The notes under the pieces: generated by a model | The model's input: only the letters and a program-made list of their open reading frames with translations | What the model was told of the DNA's origin: nothing | Database searches by the model: none | Shown here: positions 1 to 11,354 of the stretch, one piece after another | How positions within the stretch are numbered: position 1 is the stretch's first letter | How the letters are laid out: each line of letters opens with the position of its first letter | Source of the DNA: Macrostomum lignano | Taxonomy: Eukaryota | Length of the DNA: 64,000 nucleotides | Assembly: GCA_002269645.1 (NCBI GenBank) | Contig: NIVC01000753.1 | Span: 248,001-312,000 of the forward strand | Direction of reading: 5' to 3' | Program-made: the position numbers and the translations under genes

Positions 1-834
1 CCAACAAACCCAAAACTCGCCCCAGTCCTGACAACCCGCGCAAAACACCTGCCCAAGGTGAATTTTGTGCCGTACAGATTATTTGATCAAAAAACCTTCC
101 CAACTTTTTGATCGCCCTGCTAGAAGAGTCTTTCGGCAATTGCTAGCGTTGCTTCTTTTGGCGAAGCAGCAAAGAGAAAAATTTTCGGCTTCTATTGTTA
201 GTGAGTGCCTCACTTCGTGTTGTAAGTGCGATCAGATTTCATAAATTAAACATTATACTTCTGATATTCGCCATGATTCCCGCCATGATACCCACCATGA
301 TACCCATCATAATTCCCACCATGATACCCATCATGATTCCCGCGATAAAAGTCGCCATGACCATCCATACAGCTAATAATGATCCTCTTTTACGATAGCT
401 ACTCCGTGACACCCATCTCTTCATCATCATAAACCGCATTGTACAGCTCTGGCAAACAGCTCTAACTTCATACAGTCCAGCCCCTCCCCTAATCCTAATC
501 CCCTATAACTCTCCCTGTTAGTAGTTGGCGCATGCGGCTTTAGGCAAATAGTAATTAACAAATGGCTAAATATAGAGGACTCGGCCGGTGCATTTAAGCC
601 ACATGGAAGCTGTGCTGCGCCAACCAATGCATTGTGTTGGTCACGGCCGGAAATCGTATTAACCCGCCTTCCACTATAGATGAGTTATTAAGTTATTGGG
701 TTTGTTAAACATTGGACTAAAAGTTGGGCGAAAATATGTTAGTTGATGAGGCATTGGAGATCACAGATTCCGGTTTGTTGAATCTCTTTGGGTTCGGTTC
801 AAGGTCCGGAAAGGATTAGGGAGGGGCCATGAAC

Positions 835-1620
835 GGACCAGGAAAGGACCAGGAAAGGACCAGGAAAGGACCAGGAAAGGACCAGGAAAGGACCAGGAAA
901 GGACCATTAAAGAACCAGGAAAGGACCAGGAAAGGACCAGGAAAGGATTAGGAAAGGACCAGAAAAGGACCAGGAAAGGACCAGGAAAGGACCAGGAAAG
1001 GACCATTAAAGAACCAGGAAAGGACCAGGAAAGGACCAGGAAAGGACCAGGAAAGGACCATTAAAGAACCAGGAAAGGACCAGGAAAGGACCAGGAAAGG
1101 ACCAGGAAAGGACCATTAAAGAACCAGGAAAGGACCAGGAAAGGACCAGGAAAAGACCAGGAAAGGACCAGGAAAGGACCAGGAAAGGACCAGGAAAGGA
1201 CCAGGAAAGGACCAGGAAAGGACCAGGAAAGGACCAGGAAAGGACCATTAAAGAACCAGGAAAAGACCAGGAAAGGACCAGGAAAGGACCAGGAAAAGAC
1301 CAGGAAAGGACCAGGAAAGAACCAGGAAAAGACCAGGAAAGGACCAGGAAAGAACTAGGAAAGGACCAGGAAAGGACCAGGAAAGGACCAGGAAAGGACC
1401 AGGAAAGAACTAGGAAAGGACCAAGAAAGGACCAGGAAAGAACCAGGAAAGGACCAGGAAAGGACCAGGAAAGGACCAGGAAAGGACCAGGAAAGGACCA
1501 GGAAAGGACCAGGAAAGGACCATTAAAGAACCAGGAAAAGACCAGGAAAGGACCAGGAAAGGACCAGGAAAGGACCAGAAAAGGACCAAGAAAGGGTCAG
1601 GAAAGGGTCAAGAAAGGGTC
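835..1620. repeat. 11-bp tandem array (GGACCAGGAAA)n with periodic ATTAAAGAACC variants
   Basis: Period 11 read directly; it explains the LVLSWSFPGPF ORFs. Confidence 0.95.
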
Positions 1621-2432
1621 AGAAAATGTTATCAGCGGTCAGCGCAGTACCAATAATTTTCTGCATTGATATTAGGCATAAATATCCTAGCAACGGCCGT
1701 TCAATACTGATTTATAAAACCTCTATTCATTCAATGATATTCGAGCGAAAATGTACTTTAACTTTAGTTTCATATGAAACTAACTAGATTGCTTTATTTT
1801 CATAAGCAAGAGTAAAACAGCAAGACAGAGCTCAAAATTGAGTCCCTGTTCTCATTTATTTTTACTGTTGCCATCTGTGCAGACCGTGCGGCAGTGCAGT
1901 TAAATATGCGTGGGCTGAGCTCTTGTCCGTGTCGCATGAGCGTCTGCGACCGACAGATAACTGGAATTTAGGGATATAATGATTATTATTATCTTCTAAA
2001 GGCACCAGTGGAATGCCGTTCAGTCTGTCATTTATCAATGCTCTGGTGAGCTGGTGGTGAGCAACCTGCAGTCAGGGATACACCTCAAATAGTACAAACA
2101 TCGAGTAAATTCCTCCTACGAGTACTTGATTGAAAAATTACCAGCTACCAACCTTCCCTTCAGTGAAAGCCCACCCAGAAATTTCTAATTTGTTTTACTG
2201 TTTGGATTAGAAAAATTAATCGTTTTAAACTTAGTAATCAAAACCGACATATACGCTAACAGTAGTCTACAGCTGGCGGATATTTTATCGCCTAGATTTG
2301 CAGAGCGCTCTAAATCTTCCGCAGCCAGCGAGAACCAGCGAGCTGCAGCCAATCCCAGCCGACTGGCCGCTCCGACCGCCGAGTCACTAAAATAGATTTA
2401 TTCTGAAATCAGAGCGCGCTCTGCCGTACAGA

Positions 2433-2822
2433 ATGACTTTGCCGCGATTGCTGCTGCAGCTGTTGCAGACTCTGCTTCTGGCCGTATCCAGCTCTCGCTG
2501 CCAGATCCTGCAGGGCCACGGTCCCGAGGAGGCCGACCAACCGGCGATGCGCCCGTCTCTACCCTCGCCGGAGCTGTGCAACGGCACCCAGGCCGAGGCC
2601 GTGGCCGGCTGTCCCGGCCAGGCGAACCAGCTGCTGCTGACCGGCCTCGTGACATTCTTCTCGCTACTGCTGCTGGCCATGATCTGCAGCATGGCCCTGC
2701 CAACGGCAGCGCAGAACAGCCTGCTGCGCCTTCTAGTCTGCGCTTGCCGGAGGCAGCGGGGCCGATTCAGCTACGTGGACGTCGGGCTGTACAAGACCAG
2801 GCACTCCATGTACAGGAAGGAG
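2433..2822 (+). CDS. Orphan type-I membrane protein, exon 1 of 2; join(2433..2822,3527..3967), 276 aa
   Basis: ATG at 2433, hydrophobic signal-peptide-like N-terminus, short ectodomain with an NGT sequon, TM segment LLLTGLVTFFSLLLLAMICSMAL and a basic stop-transfer segment. GC-rich codons; phase-0 GT donor at 2823. Confidence 0.65.
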
Positions 2823-2984
2823 GTCCGGTTGCTTTGCGTCTTTGTTAAGACTCAATCTGAATTTTAACTTTTCAATGTCAGACTCAGCATTTCTAGTGCC
2901 TTTTGAGCACTTGAGGACACGTTGAAGTCCCACGCCTATCATTTATAACAGACACCTCACACCCTCCCCATCCCCATTGCGTCA

Positions 2985-3402
2985 GCCACCCCACTCGAGC
3001 CACTTTAAAACAGCCACCCCACACCCCCACTCCTGCCCTTTAAAACAGCCACCCCACTCCTGCCAGTTTAAAACAGCCACCCCACTCCTGCCCCTTTAAA
3101 ACAGCAACCCCACTCCTGCCCCTTTAAAACAGCAACCCCACTCCTGCCCCTTTAAAACAGCAACCCCACACCCCACTCCTGCCCTTTTAAAACAACCCCG
3201 CACTCCTGCCCCTGAAAAACAGCCACCACACTCCTGCCCCTTTAAAACAGCCACCCCCACTCCCACCCCTTTAAAACAGCCACCCCACTTTTGCCCATTC
3301 TCAAACAGCCACCCCACACCTACCTTTTTAAAACAGCCACCCCACTCCTACGCCTTTTTAAACAGCCACCTCACTCCTGCCCCTTTAAAACAGCCACCCC
3401 AC
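2985..3402. repeat. ~28-bp intronic minisatellite (TTAAAACAGCCACCCCACTCCTGCCCCT)n
   Basis: Tandem units read directly; the array fills most of the predicted intron 2823-3526. Confidence 0.9.
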
Positions 3403-3526
3403 GCTAGAATGTTACAACGTGCAAATACTAGACTTTGTTCGCATGTGCACTGATTCAATGTGCATAGGAAATGATGTACAAGCTAACACAGACTCCTTCC
3501 AACCGTCACCCACCCGGCACGCGCAG

Positions 3527-3967
3527 GTGTACGTGCGCCACGTGTGGGGCAACAATCGAGGCGGCAAGCGCAAAAGCAGCAGCAGCAGTCACGCCACCGC
3601 GGCCGCAGGCGCCAGGCTCAGTCTGGTGCCCGGCCGTCTGTCTATCGTGGAGAATGGCTCCGCCAGGCGCTACAGCCGGCCGCTTCTACCACCGACCGTG
3701 GCAGTTGTTCGTGTCGTCGCCGACGAAGCCACCGACGATGCCGCCGGCGCCGGCGCTGGCGCATCGAATTCAGCGGCGGCAATTTTCCCGGCTACGACGG
3801 AGCTGCCGCCCTGCGACTCCGTGTATTGCTGTTTCCGCTCCGACCCGAACATCTGGCGGACGGTGCACCCGGCGGTGACGCTGACTCCGGCCAGCCCGAA
3901 AGCGACTGCATTTGTTGATGAGGGGCCGTCGGAGTCGGAGAATCCGCCGCCTGAGGAATCTGCGTAG
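3527..3967 (+). CDS. Orphan type-I membrane protein, exon 2 (cytoplasmic tail)
   Basis: CAG acceptor at 3524-3526 is phase 0 and compatible with exon 1 (…SMYRKE|VYVRH…). GC-rich open frame to TAG at 3965-3967. Confidence 0.6.
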   Translation: MYVRHVWGNNRGGKRKSSSSSHATAAAGARLSLVPGRLSIVENGSARRYSRPLLPPTVAVVRVVADEATDDAAGAGAGASNSAAAIFPATTELPPCDSVYCCFRSDPNIWRTVHPAVTLTPASPKATAFVDEGPSESENPPPEESA

Positions 3968-4195
3968 TCGCTTAGCTGACTCATGCAACGATCTTCGGAG
4001 TGGCGTATTTTTATTTTTTTGATTGCACTGTTTTCAACACTGAAAAGTTCAGGCGCATGTAGAGGTCATTTAGAATAAAATTTGGTTACATTGTCAATAA
4101 GGTACTTGAAGCTTCAATAGAGTGGCGTTAATGAGGTTCAGAAGTAATTAGAGTAGAGTACTGTGGTAGATCAGGGTGCAGATGAGGTTCAAGTG

Positions 4196-4786
4196 TAGAG
4201 TAGGGTGCAGAATAACATCGGTGGTAGAGTAGGGTGCAGAATAACATCAGTGGTAGAGTAGGGTGCAGAATAACATCGGTGGTAGAGTAGGGTGCAGAAT
4301 AACATCGGTGGTAGAGTAGGGTGCAGAATAACATCAGTGGTAGAGTAGGTGCAGTATAACCTCGGTGGTAGAGTAGGGTGCAGAATAACATCAGTGGTAG
4401 AGTAGGGTGCAGAATAACATCGGTGGTAGAGTAGGGTGCAGAATAACATCAGTGGTAGAGTAGGTGCAGTATAACCTCGGTGGTAGAGTAGGGTGCAGAA
4501 TAACATCAGTGGTAGAGTAGGGTGCAGAATAACATCGGTGGTAGAGTAGGGTGCAGAATAACATCAGTGGTAGAGTAGGGTGCAGAATAACATCGGTGGT
4601 AGAGTAGGGTGCAGAATAACATCGGTGGTAGAGTAGGGTGCAGAATAACATCGGTGGTAGAGTAGGGTTCAGAATAACATCGGTGGTAGAGTAGGGGTGC
4701 AAAATAACATCGGTGGTAGAGTAGGGGTGCAAAATAACATCGGTGGTAGAGTAGGGGTGCAAAATAACATCGGTGGTAGAGTAGGG
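4196..4786. repeat. 29-bp tandem array (TAGGGTGCAGAATAACATCGGTGGTAGAG)n, ~20 copies
   Basis: Period 29 read directly (4201 vs 4230). Confidence 0.95.
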
Positions 4787-7223
4787 CACAGGCAATCGTT
4801 CAGGAGTCAAGATCCAAAGATTCCAACAGAATTCAGTCCTGCAGCGCTTGCGGTTGACTTTGAAATTTCGTTCAAATTTTGTTGGAAGTTTCCAAACGCT
4901 TTCGAATAGCAGTCTACATAGGTGAGCGAGACATCCACTCCAAGTAATACTTGGAAAAAACTTTTAAAAAAGTAATGTAAATATTCCAATCAATATTTTT
5001 TTCGTTGCTTTAATCCATACTCTAAAAAGATCATGCACAAATCATGTAAGAATTTTCCAGATGTTGTCTGCCCTCACAGTAAAGCAACTGCATGACAAAT
5101 AAGTGTTGTTCGATTTCGTTAAGCTCGATTTGTGAAAGCAGTTTATATAGTAATAGTAAGTCTGTAAAAGTCGATTTCAAAATAGTTCATTCGAACCAAT
5201 CCTGGCTAATTTATCATTTTCGCATCCGAGCGGCCGGCAGGTCAACGTGGCTTTAGTGAGCTGACCGATTTCCTCCCAACCGTTGAGGGGCATGCCATGC
5301 AATATAATTCACGCCAGGGCTCGTGACCGGCAATGCTAGTCGAGGGATCGAATCTTTAGTTTTTGGGTTTATTAAGGGCCGGTCCGGCCCAGCGGGGGTG
5401 AAAGGGAACTTCTTGTTGCCGTGCGATCAGGAGGTGATACACCAGGGCAACTCCCGTTGGAGGCTGAATCCCTTCCCTACACTCTTCTATTCGACGACCT
5501 TTTCTGATCCTCTGGGAGCAGCAGCTTGGGAATCTTTTTTTCATAAACCAACTGCAGCTTTTATCCTCCCCCGCTCCTCTCTCTCTCTCGCTTTATCCCC
5601 CGGCGGGAATCCCCCGGCCAGCTAGGGAGAATGTATAATGGCTCCCGATCCCTGTATATACATGTACTGGCAGGCCTGGCCGAGCCATCAATCAGCTGGA
5701 CACGGGCGCTGGGCCAGTCTGTCTTGCCTATCGAGTTGGCATGCCGAGATTGAGATTCTAGGGGTGGGGGAGGGCTTAGGGAAGAACTGCAGGCCACTGT
5801 TTTTTTCAAAGACTTCGATCGCTCGTATCAGAATTTTCTTGAATTTAGTAAGCTGTGTGCCATACATTTGATAGGGTTTTAGCCTTCGATCATAATTAAA
5901 GTGGATAATATAAGCCCAGTAGTTTTTCCGCATTGGGTTTTTGGGTGCTCATTTATATGAAAAAGAGAATATAATGATCATAGAGAGAGAGCTAAAAAAT
6001 GACTAAAGAATCTTGCTAATGAAGTCATGCTCGTGATTCCTTGGTGAGTAAAATATATCGAAGCACTGTTTTCTTGAAAATGTCTGCTGACCAAACTACT
6101 AAATTAAGAAAAATAAATGAACGCAAATTATAGGTCAAAAAAAGAAAAAAGAGCCAATTTTTAAATCTTTAACATAGCTTATCATTTTTGGTAGAAAATA
6201 AAAAAATTGCTTGATAAGTCTAACGCATGCCAGCTTTTCGAAAAATTCAGAGGCAGTACTGAATTAGTTCAATACAACTGTCCGAAAACGCTTCTTTGGA
6301 CGCATCACGCATATAGTTAGAAACATATGTAGATACTTTCAGAATACATCTTTATACATGTACTCCTGTGTACAGAAAATCGAAGCTATATACTGTCTTC
6401 TGTACTCAGCAGAAGATGGCATTGGAATTATTAAATGACACTTAAATATTTTGCTTTCACACAATCATACAATCAAATTCAATAAATTATTTCAATACAT
6501 CTATTTCCATTAAATTTCTTCTACTAATTAATAACTTTACAACTGAGGCTGTGCGCCCCACGGACCCAAATCTGGCTTTTTGTAACGATATTATAGGAAT
6601 TTTCGCGCATTTTCCTCGTTTTAACAAATTTTGAAAAACTTTCTGCTTTCAATAGGACCAGTGTACTGCTTTTAGTTAATTTGCAATGGGGCTTAAAGTT
6701 TTTAGTCCTATTTTTTTAGTTTTATTCATTTTAAATACTATAATACGAATCAGCTGATTCAACCTTAGGGTGTGTTCGAGTGACTTAAAATGACTTAAAC
6801 TGCCATTTTAACGTCCTTAGTAAAACAAATGTTAAGCAGACTAAATGTAAAAATAATCTAGGTAAATGATAGTCAAATTACAATTAAGAATTAATTCAAT
6901 TTCTAAAACCGGTCTAAGATTAAAAAAACGTCGCCTATACTTCTTCCAACTCAACCTGAACGCCTAGGCACCGTTTTAACTTCGCTCGCAATTACCACAT
7001 TTAATCGTAATTGAATATTTTGTATTCTTCACCTTTGTTCTATCATTTGCTTTCACGTCTTTTTGCTCAGTTCAATAAATAAACAATATTTAAGCAATTA
7101 TTCAAAGACTATAATGACGGGCAGCGAAGAGTTCGCAGAATGCTAAACAATTTATCGTAGAACTATTACCTTGATACATTAGTACTAGTTATTTAATTAA
7201 GGAAACCTTTGATCACCAGTAAA

Positions 7224-7276
7224 ATGTCGTCCCCAACACCAGGAAAAAGACGCATGGACACAGACGTTGTGAAACT
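7224..7276 (+). CDS. UBE2H: Ubiquitin-conjugating enzyme E2 H, exon 1 of 6; join(7224..7276,9422..9498,9580..9654,9748..9787,9866..9918,11068..11354), 194 aa
   Basis: MSSPTPGKRRMDTDVVKL is the UBE2H N-terminus. All junctions are GT-AG and the joined CDS is 585 nt, in frame. Confidence 0.95.
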
Positions 7277-9421
7277 GTATCCTTTTAATAAGAACTTGGT
7301 TGCGCATATGATCCGCCTAAATCTAAATGTAATTGTCATAACTGGATTTATTAATTATATAATAATTTTTCACCTTACTAATGTACAATAATAGTAAATA
7401 GTTAAAACTTAATTGTTTCTAATTTCTACTTACCAATCAATTTTCAATAATGAAGTAGCTTAATGTCAATCTATTATAATAATTGAAGTAATTTTACTTA
7501 ATTTTGAAGTATAATCTTATGAATGTAATTTTCTTTATACTAGTACTAGTAACTATACTAGCTTTATTTGTTAATTCGTAGTAGAAGAATTTAAGGAAGT
7601 TTTTATTGATACTTAAGTATTATTAGCTTTCAAAGATTTTTGAGGGTTTATTATATTATATTAAATAAACTAATATATATTTAATTCCTTATTTTTAGGT
7701 AAATAACATAGTTAAAAAATGATTACAGAGATATTTTGTGCATCAAAAATGAAAATAATGCTATGTTTTCTTTATTTCTTTTCAAAAGTATATAGGCTAT
7801 AGCAATATTACAAGATTTAGAATTCTTAGCATCATTCTTATTTTAGATAACAAATGCTAATTTGCATTTTATACTTTCAGAGTAGAAATAAAAACTCAGT
7901 AGGTCTCCTAAGACCCAAATTTTTAGTATAGTTTTATTATTTTAATAATGTTATAAACTATTTATTAAGCAAAATTTATTAATTTTTCTTCACTCAGTTT
8001 GTAATAGTGCAATGAGAGTGCCATGTCAAATTACTGTTTTTAAAAATGCTGATTCATGGTTTGCCACTGCCCTCACCTCTTGCTTTTGATTTGCTGTCAT
8101 TCTCTCATGGTTATGACTAGCTGTACATTCTTTAATTGTTTACTTATACTTAATTTCTACTAATTTGCATGTCATCTCTATTCTAAATGGTAACTAGAGC
8201 TGCTGATATCAATTAGATTGATAAAATTAGAATTTTTCTCTATGGAGATGTTTGATAACTTGCTGAATTTTTAATTTAAGCTGCAGTACAATTTCCCCCC
8301 TAGACACTCTTAGTCTCCAAATATATCTACCTAATCTACAATAGACCCCATGCCTCTATTGAAGTTTAGGTACATAAAATCAATCCCCATAAAGATTTTC
8401 CCCACCCTAAATCCCCCTATTCCCCATGTCACGGTGGTTGGTAGTTATTGGCCCAACCCCCTTGGGTTCAGAATTTACCTACCTAATCTTCAATAGACCC
8501 CCATGCCTCTATTGAAGTTTAGGTAGGTAAAATCAATCCCCATGAAGTTTTTTCCTACCCTAAACCCCCAATTCCCTATGCCCTAGTGGTTGGCTTTAAG
8601 ATACGAAAAAATGAAGCTTAAATTTGAAATCAGCACCATCAAAAACCTATATAGAGACAAAATTATAATCCTATTAAAACTACAACTATTATATCTACCT
8701 AAAGTTCAAGAAGTCCAAAATTTGTTTGCAGGGGATTGTATATCAAAAAATGAAATCAAGGTATCACACTTGTAGATGAAGTAAAGATAGTTCATACTAT
8801 CTAATAATTCCATGCTTGACCCCCCTCACTTTCGTTTTATGATCCCCTTACAGTACAGACAACATTGTTTCACACTGTCAGGGATCATATAAAAAAGTGG
8901 GGGGGGGTTAAAAAAAAGAAAAGGGAGGGACGCCAAAAAAATCACGACTTACTTTTGTGGAATCTCCATCAGGTAGCCTAGACAAGAGGTTAGACAAACT
9001 ACACAATCCCCTGTAAACAAATTTTTGACTTGGGGGATAGTATTACAAAATTGATTAAAAGCCTAAGTTTCATTATCTGATCCCTTTCTATACATTTACT
9101 CCATTTGAATGATTGTATAACAAAATTGTATATAGAGATATCCCTACTCTTGCCAAGAATTGTGGTTTACAATAATTAGGGTAATTGTGCTTCAAATATA
9201 CTCCACTGATATTCAAACAAGACTCCTATATTTTACATAAAGAATCATATAATGAAAGTGCCATGTTCTATAGGACAAATGTAGGGGGATCATAAAACAA
9301 AAGAATGCCATATCTACATGAGTTTTTCTAATGTTATCTTTGTCTTTAATATTTTTTACTTGAAATTCTAAAAAAATGATGATACTTTCCTTAACCAAAA
9401 TGATACAATAAACACAAAAAG
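7277..9421 (+). other. U12-type (minor spliceosome) GT-AG intron 1 of UBE2H
   Basis: 5' splice site GTATCCTTT, branch site TTCCTTAAC at 9387-9395, no polypyrimidine tract, and the first AG after the branch site (9420-9421) restores the frame. Confidence 0.88.
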
Positions 9422-9498
9422 CATTGAGAGTAAGCATGAGGTGACCATACTTGGAGGACTGAATGAATTTGTGGTTAAGTTCTATGGACCAGTTGACA
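9422..9498 (+). CDS. UBE2H: UBE2H exon 2
   Basis: [25 protein letters not shown]; GTGAGT donor. Confidence 0.95.
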
Positions 9499-9579
9499 GT
9501 GAGTACTTTTTCCATGTTTGTGTTTAATTGATTAAGTTGATTTTTTATGTGCCAATTATTATCAATTGACTAATTTTAG

Positions 9580-9654
9580 CTCTGTATGAAGGTGGAGTCT
9601 GGAAAGTTCGTGTGGATCTTCCTGACCGATATCCATTCAAATCACCTTCAATTG
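9580..9654 (+). CDS. UBE2H: UBE2H exon 3
   Basis: [24 protein letters not shown]; TAG acceptor and GTATGT donor. Confidence 0.95.
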
Positions 9655-9747
9655 GTATGTTTTAAAATATAAGCCTCTTTGATTTAGTGTCTCAAGACTG
9701 AAAGTTTAATTCAAAGTACACCCAATTGATAACTTGCTTTTTTTCAG

Positions 9748-9787
9748 GCTTCATGAATAAAATATTTCATCCCAACATTGATGAGGC
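9748..9787 (+). CDS. UBE2H: UBE2H exon 4
   Basis: FMNKIFHPNIDE with the UBC HPN motif; CAG acceptor and GTAAGT donor. Confidence 0.95.
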
Positions 9788-9865
9788 GTAAGTAAAATCT
9801 TGACTTTATTTTTTTATCAGATAACAAAAATGCCACGGGTCTCTCTACACTGCATGTATCTGTAG

Positions 9866-9918
9866 GTCTGGCACAGTCTGCCTCGATGTCATTAACCAAA
9901 GCTGGTCTGCTCTGTATG
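9866..9918 (+). CDS. UBE2H: UBE2H exon 5
   Basis: SGTVCLDVINQSWSALY containing the catalytic Cys; TAG acceptor and GTAAGT donor. Confidence 0.95.
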
Positions 9919-10540
9919 GTAAGTGCACATGTTTTCTTGTTCCCACCTGATAGTTGTCTTTCTTAAGTGTTGATGCCAATTTTAATATGTAAGGGTTAAT
10001 AAACCAGGTGAGGCGGAAGGCCTTTTAGTTCGATAGATGTAATGGCAGCAAAGATGTTGCACTGCATTGCGCGTATATTTATACAAGTGAAAACAGCGCG
10101 AGATTATTGAGGGGCCTAGGGAGGTGCGCACATGTGGCGTGGCGTGATTGGCTACGCCAACCCCCCTGGCTTAGCGAGCCGGCTAGCGCGGTGCGCCACC
10201 ACCCCACCTCGGCTAGACAGAGGTTGGCGGGGGGTTTCCAGTGCGGCTGCACTGGTGCTGCCGGTCGCGTAGTCTGGCCGCCACACAGGTGATATTATTA
10301 GTTAATGTTAGTGTACACGCATTTTTGGATCTCTGTTTATCTGTAAAGTCTCAGCAGCAGATGCCTGCAACCCCCAGCCATAACTCAGACAGCACAGAAG
10401 CTGAGCATGCCAATTAGTGATTCAGCTGTCCCAAGAGTTGGTCATCAGGATGCCACGCATTCAGGGGTGAAAGTAGGGGGAGCCGCCCCTCTACCGGTAT
10501 TTGACGCCCCTTACAGTACAGCTTTTACCCTTGTGCTGGC

Positions 10541-10927
10541 GCCCCTGGTGCTAAAGCCCCTGGTGCTAAAGCCCCTGGTGCTAAGATCCTGATGCTAAGA
10601 TCCTGGTGCTAAGATCCTGGTGCTAAGATCCTGGTGCTAAAATCCTGGTGCTAGATCCTGGTACTAAGATCCTGGTGCTAACATCCTGGTGCCAACATCC
10701 TGGTGCTACGTTCCTGGTGCTAAGATCCTGGTACTAAGATCCTGGTGCTAAGATCCTGGTGCTACGATCCTGATGCTAGATCCTGGTGCTAAGATCCTGG
10801 TGCTAAGATCCTGGTACTAAGATCCTGGTGCTACGATCCTGGAACTAAGATCCTGGTGCTAAGATCCTGGTACTAAGATCCTGGTGCTACGATCCTGGAA
10901 CTAAGATCCTGGTGCTAAGATCCTAGT
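10541..10927. repeat. 14-bp intronic minisatellite (CTAAGATCCTGGTG)n in UBE2H intron 5
   Basis: Tandem units read directly. Confidence 0.93.
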
Positions 10928-11067
10928 GCGTATAGGTTGAGGTTGAGATTGAGAGTTGATAATTGAGGTTGAGACAAGCATCATAAATACAAAAAACTAA
11001 CTTCGTAAAAATTTATCTGTGCCACAGATAAACACCCCGATTAAAATCGCACTTCCGCAATTGCCAG

Positions 11068-11354
11068 ACCTGACCAACATATTTGAGTCGTTCCTGCCCC
11101 AGCTGCTGGCCTACCCCAATCCCATGGACCCTCTGAACGGGGACGCCGCTTCGCTCTACCTGCACCAGCCAGACGACTATCGTAGCAAGGTGCGCGAGTA
11201 CGTGTCCAGATTTGCCACGGAGGCCGCGGCTTCGGCCGCTGGTGGTGGCAGCGGCTGCGACGGTGATCAACAGCCAGACGCTATGTCATCAGAGGAGAGC
11301 TCAATGTCGGATTATAGCGACTCGGAGCAGCAGGATGTTGACATGGAGCTCTGA
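11068..11354 (+). CDS. UBE2H: UBE2H exon 6 (terminal)
   Basis: [27 protein letters not shown]…SSMSDYS…DMEL followed by TGA at 11352-11354; CAG acceptor. Confidence 0.95.

Noticed and set aside
8340-9305. ~140-bp direct duplication (8340-8580) and short inverted repeats (8820-8907, ~9286-9303) in UBE2H intron 1
   Set aside because: Real but small; no TSD or clear termini to support a mobile-element call.
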